Assembly: GCA_002269645.1 (NCBI GenBank)
Contig: NIVC01001667.1
Span: forward strand, 1 to 64,000
DNA length: 64,000 nucleotides
Direction of reading: 5' to 3'
Origin: Macrostomum lignano
Lineage: Eukaryota
Positions 59,395 through 64,000 of the stretch are shown piece after piece (within the stretch, counting starts at the first letter, position 1; the number at the start of each line of letters is the position of its first letter). The notes below the pieces were generated by a model, which did not search any database, had not been told where the DNA came from, and saw only the letters and a list, made by a program, of their open reading frames with translations. A program made the position numbers and the translations under genes.

Positions 59395-62300
59395 TCACTC
59401 AAATACGATGGCTTCTGTCTCCGCGCAGTCAAACAGACGATGCCGCTGTCGATCGTCTGGGCCAAGATCGCACAGGTAGACCTCTCCTGTAGGAGCCAAA
59501 TCTCTCAACTGTTGTAAAGCTTCATCAAATGGATCGATGTGGTTGCTAAGCTTCGGATCTGAAGGGTAAGATGTTAAATGATGCATAAGAAAAGATCGAG
59601 GAGAGCTCAGCTTACATTTAGGAGTGCTTTGATCTGTGATGAAAGCCATGCAGCCTCATTTATTAATTGTTAAGAAAAATGCTTTCTATAATACCCTACA
59701 CTTTACGAGTAGACCTTAAATGTAACATCTAATTAAAAAACGTATAGTATCAACCGCGTGTGATCTTACATGAACAGCTTAGGAACACCCAATCAGCTGA
59801 AGGTACTACTCGACTGTCATCAGTAGCGTGCTCCAACAGATCCTGAAGTAGGCACAATTTTACGAGGCGAAAATACGAGTAGATGTACACTTAAAGCTTG
59901 CACCTATCTACCGAATCTACTGCGTAATCACTACTGAGTCATGAGTGAAGTTACCGAGTCACCAGCAAGGGTCAACTGCTGCTTTACATGTAAGACCCGA
60001 GTCCAGGCTACTGGGTCACCCGAGTCCAGACTACTGGGTCATCCGAGTCCAGGCTATACTGGGTCACCCGAGTTCAGGCTAGGGGTCACTCGAGTCCCGG
60101 CTACTGGGTCATCCGAGTCCAGGCTACTGGGTCACCCGAGTTCAGGCTGTCACCCGAGTCCAGGCTACTGGGTCATCCGAGTCCAGGCTATACTGGGTCA
60201 CCCGAGTCCAGGCTATACTGGGTCACCCGAGTCCAGGCTATACTGGGTCACCCGAGTCCAGGCTATACTGGGTCACCCGAGTCCAGGCTATACTGGGTCA
60301 CCCGAGTCCAGGCTACGGGTCACCCGAGTTCAGGCTACGGGTCACCTGAGTCCAGGCTACTGGGTCACCCGAGTTCAGGCTGTCACCCGAGTCCAGGCTA
60401 CTGGGTCATCCGAGTCCAGGCTATACTGGGTCACCCGAGTCCAGGCTATACTGGGTCACCCGAGTCCAGGCTATACTGGGTCACCCGAGTCCAGGCTATA
60501 CTGGGTCACCCGAGTCCAGGCTACTGGGTCACCCGAGTCCAGACTACTGGGTCATCCGAGTCCAGGCTATACTGGGTCACCCGAGTTCAGGCTAGGGGTC
60601 ACTCGAGTCCCGGCTACTGGGTCATCCGAGTCCAGGCTACTGGGTCACCCGAGTTCAGGCTGTCACCCGAGTCCAGGCTACTGGGTCATCCGAGTCCAGG
60701 CTATACTGGGTCACCCGAGTCCAGGCTATACTGGGTCACCCGAGTCCAGGCTATACTGGGTCACCCGAGTCCAGGCTATACTGGGTCACCCGAGTCCAGG
60801 CTATACTGGGTCACCCGAGTCCAGGCTACGGGTCACCCGAGTTCAGGCTACGGGTCACCTGAGTCCAGGCTACTGGGTCACCCGAGTTCAGGCTGTCACC
60901 CGAGTCCAGGCTACTGGGTCATCCGAGTCCAGGCTATACTGGGTCATCCGAGTCCAGGCTATACTGGGTCACCCGAGTCCAGGCTATACTGGGTCACCCG
61001 AGACCAGGCTATACTGGGTCACCCGAGTCCAGGCTACTGGGTCACCCGAGTCCAGACTACTGGGTCATCCGAGTCCAGGCTATACTGGGTCACCCGAGTC
61101 CAGGCTACTGGGTCACCCGAGTCCAGGCTATACTGGGTCACCCGAGTCCAGGCTATACTGGGTCACCCGAGTCCAGGCTACTGGGTCAGACAGCTCCCCA
61201 GCTTCCAAATGAGTTATTACCTGCCGAAGCGAGTCGATGCTCACGCGCGCATCAGCCAAAGTCGCTTCCGTGTCAATCAATATGACGCCCAACGGATCAA
61301 CTGCAGAGTGGGAGGAGCGAGTAAGCATTCTAATGCACTGCAGTAGCCAAAAACAACTGATTCGAGAGTGCACCAACTCACACTGCACTGGATCGTCTCG
61401 AGTTCGATGATCTTCACTGGCGTCGGCACCAGTTGCTGAAGCCGTCACAGAGACCAATACGCTGACGCTCTCAGTAATCAGCTGCGATGATGATTGAGAC
61501 GATCCGGGAGAGCCGCTAAGGGTGCATTTTGAGCAGGGCAAAGTTTTTGTTCAGCTGAATTCGACATTAATAGTTAAACTGTTCTCGTCATTTAAACAAA
61601 CTCTTAGAGCTCGTCAACAAGACGCAGATGTCTCCAAAAATCAGCAAGACTCAAATCCCCAAATCAGCAAGACTCAAATCCCCAAATCACCAAGACTCAA
61701 ATCCCCAAATCAGCAAGACTCAAATCCCCAAATCAACAATACTCAAACCCCCAAGTCACGTAGACTCAAATCCCCAAATCACCAAGACTCAAATCCCCAA
61801 ATCAACAAGACTAAAATCCCCAAATCACCAAGACTCAAATCCCAAAATCCCTAAAAACCGACTCACTCGCTGCTGCCTCTCCGTCGTGGCTTCATCACCA
61901 CTCGAGCCTGATTGCGCCACAGAATCCCAATGATGGAAGGCTGCAGCCGCCACGGTTCTCCATCAATCTGCGTGAGCAAATGCATAGATGGGAAGTTTGG
62001 CGGCTGTCTTCGGCTACTCTGCTTCTCCCATTCTCACTGATCAGTCAGTCAGTTTTCAACTATTTACAAATAACTCAAATCCAGTAACTCAAGGCTGGCT
62101 GACTCGCCTGAATTGGGATGACGCGATTGGTGCTGATGCGGGCCCTGCGGCACTGGCAGATCCGGTGGCCGGGCCAACCGATCTGCACTGTGGCCTGGAA
62201 TGAGACGTTTCTGTGGCTAATATGGTCTGCACTATCTATCGATCGTCTATCGATCATCTATCGATCACTATTGATCATCTATCGATCGTCTATTGATTAT

Positions 62301-62974
62301 CTATCGATCTTCTATCGATCGTCTATTGATCGTCTATTGATCGTCTATTGATCGTCTATTTATCATCTGTTGTCGTTTATACATCTTCTATCGATCGTCT
62401 ATTGATCGTCTATTGATCTTCTATTGATCTTCTACCGATCATCTATCGATCATCTGTCGTTCTTTTATCGTTCTTCTATCGATCATCTATCGATCGTCTA
62501 TCGATCGTCGATTGATCGTCTATCGATCGTCCATTTATCATCTGTCGATAATTTATTGATCGTTTATCGATCTTCTATCGATCACCTATCGATTATCTAT
62601 CGATTATCTATGCTGCCACCATGCCGCCACCAACCAGATGACTCGAACAGAATCCAATCACTTCGACTAATCCGTCGTCCCAACGCTGGGGCTCGAACCC
62701 CTGACCGCCGGCGGGATTGCCCAAGGCGCGGCGCCTGCGCCGTACTTGGTGATGTTCAGGAACAGCAGCGAGGTCAGTTTGAGCTCCTTGATTCGCTCAG
62801 TGTAGTCAACTCCATCGCACTGTGAATTTGGTTATAAGCATATTTCATTTAACCAATAACATTTATCAGAAGCTTTTCAGATGTTCACAAAGGCACGCAA
62901 GTTTTTTATACCTCCAGTTGAATTGCTTGCGAAAGCTCCCGCCACGGCCGAGTGAGCACAGATCTTGAGCCTTC
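59395..62974 (-). CDS. DGKZ: Type IV diacylglycerol kinase (DGK zeta/iota, RdgA-like), 3' part; 5' exons beyond 64000
   Basis: Exons 62912-62974 (..RPWRELSQAIQLE), 62635-62819 (CDGVDY..LFLNITKYGAG..PWG..FEPQRWDDGLVEVIGF; needs +1 G at 62720-62722), 62108-62194 (ATVQIG..HRICQCR..IPIQ; GC donor), 61867-61967 (IDGEPWRL..RNQA), 61382-61515, 61221-61300 (DPLGVILI), 59770-59842 (WVFL), 59395-59558 (stop). All phases join; motifs match the DGK accessory domain of the zeta/iota class. Confidence 0.88.
59995..61190. repeat. 23/25-bp minisatellite (GGGTCACCCGAGTCCAGGCTATACT)
   Basis: Fills DGK intron 59843-61220. Confidence 0.95.
61635..61850. repeat. 23-bp minisatellite (AAGACTCAAATCCCCAAATCAGC)
   Basis: DGK intron 61516-61866. 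Confidence 0.9.
62232..62610. repeat. 11-bp repeat of ATCGAT palindromes (CTATCGATCGT)
   Basis: DGK intron 62195-62634. Confidence 0.9.
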
Positions 62975-63164
62975 CTGATGGGTTGTTGGCATCTATTTTT
63001 TATATGAGTGCCTGGAGACTTAGGAGAGTACATTCATCTGGTAATTAGAGAATGAATGCCTTTAGACCTTGGAATGAAGATGAAGTCAGGAGATCTAGGA
63101 ATGCCAGAAGACGTGTAGATACCTAGACATCTGTAGATACCTGGAGATCTATCTGAGGATTTTA

Positions 63165-64000
63165 GAGGGTGTCTGGAGATTTGGGACGGAGACTGGAGTT
63201 TCAGAAGAGTGACAGGAGATTAGGGAGATTGACTGAAGATTCGCGAGAGTGCCAGGAGATTGGGAAAGTGACTGGAGATTAGGGAGATTGACTGGAGATT
63301 CGCGAGAGTGCCAGGAGATTAGGAGAGTGACTGGAGATTCAGAAGAGTGACAGGAGATTAGGGAGAGTGACTGGAGATTCGGGAGAGTGACTGGAGATTC
63401 AGGAGAGTGCCAGGAGATTTGGGAGAGTGACTGGAGATTCGGGAGAGTGACTGGAGATTCGAGAGAGTGACTGGAGATTCGGGAGAGTGACTGGAGATTC
63501 GGGAGAGTGACTGGAGATTCGGGAGAGTGACTGGACAATCGGGAGAGTGCCAGGAGATTTGGGAGAGTGACTGGAGTTTCAGAAGAGTGACAGGAGATTA
63601 GGGAGATTGACTGGAGATTCGCGAGAGTGCCAGGAGATTTGGGAGAGTGACTGGAGTTTCAGAAGAGTGACAGGAGATTAGGGAGATTGACTGGAGATTC
63701 GCGAGAGTGCCAGGAGATTTGGGAGAGTGACTGGAGTTTCAGAAGAGTGACTGGAGATTCGGGAGAGTGACTGGAGATTCGGGAGAGTGACTGGAGATTC
63801 AGGAGAGTGCCAGGAGATTTGGGAGAGTGACTGGAGATTCGGGAGAGTGACTGGAGATTCGGGAGAGTGACTGGAGATTCGGGAGAGTGACTGGAGATTC
63901 GGGAGAGTGACTGGAGATTCGGGAGAGTGACTGGACAATCGGGAGAGTGCCAGGAGATTTGGGAGATTGACTGGAGATTCGGGAGAGTGACTGGAGATTC
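63165..64000. repeat. 20-bp minisatellite (GGAGAGTGACTGGAGATTCG), runs off the window end
   Basis: DGK intron upstream of exon 62912-62974. Confidence 0.95.

Noticed and set aside
59941-61212. 423-aa + strand ORF (GHPSPGY repeats)
   Set aside because: Minisatellite inside a DGK intron on the opposite strand.
16358-62974. Functional lipid/glycan gene cluster (FkbM + CD36 + DGK)
   Set aside because: No shared regulatory or sequence evidence; adjacency alone is expected in a gene-dense animal region.

Overview
Eukaryotic (animal) genomic DNA with spliceosomal introns and very dense minisatellites. The repeat landscape and LINE remnants suggest a free-living flatworm such as Macrostomum (inference, not proven). 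Genes reconstructed by hand from splice sites: (1) the 5' part of a JIP3/JIP4 (Sunday driver/UNC-16) kinesin adaptor, - strand, continuing past position 1; (2) two head-to-head, intronless FkbM-family methyltransferases with an N-terminal membrane anchor, plus a third 5'-truncated copy captured inside a G-rich minisatellite in a neighbouring intron; (3) two tandem CD36/SR-B scavenger receptor genes; (4) a SUN-domain nuclear envelope gene; (5) the 3' part of a type IV (zeta/iota/RdgA-like) diacylglycerol kinase that is missing from the ORF track because it is split into small exons. Also present: four non-autonomous hAT-like elements with 8-bp target-site duplications, a 1.55-kb foldback element, tRNA-derived SINEs, decayed LINE and Gypsy RT fragments, and about 20 distinct tandem arrays. 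Four single-base frameshifts in G-runs of conserved genes point to assembly homopolymer errors or a decaying duplicate haplotype. Best candidates for new biology: the membrane-anchored FkbM methyltransferase cluster (possible glycan O-methyltransferases) and the capture of a gene fragment inside a G-quadruplex-type minisatellite.
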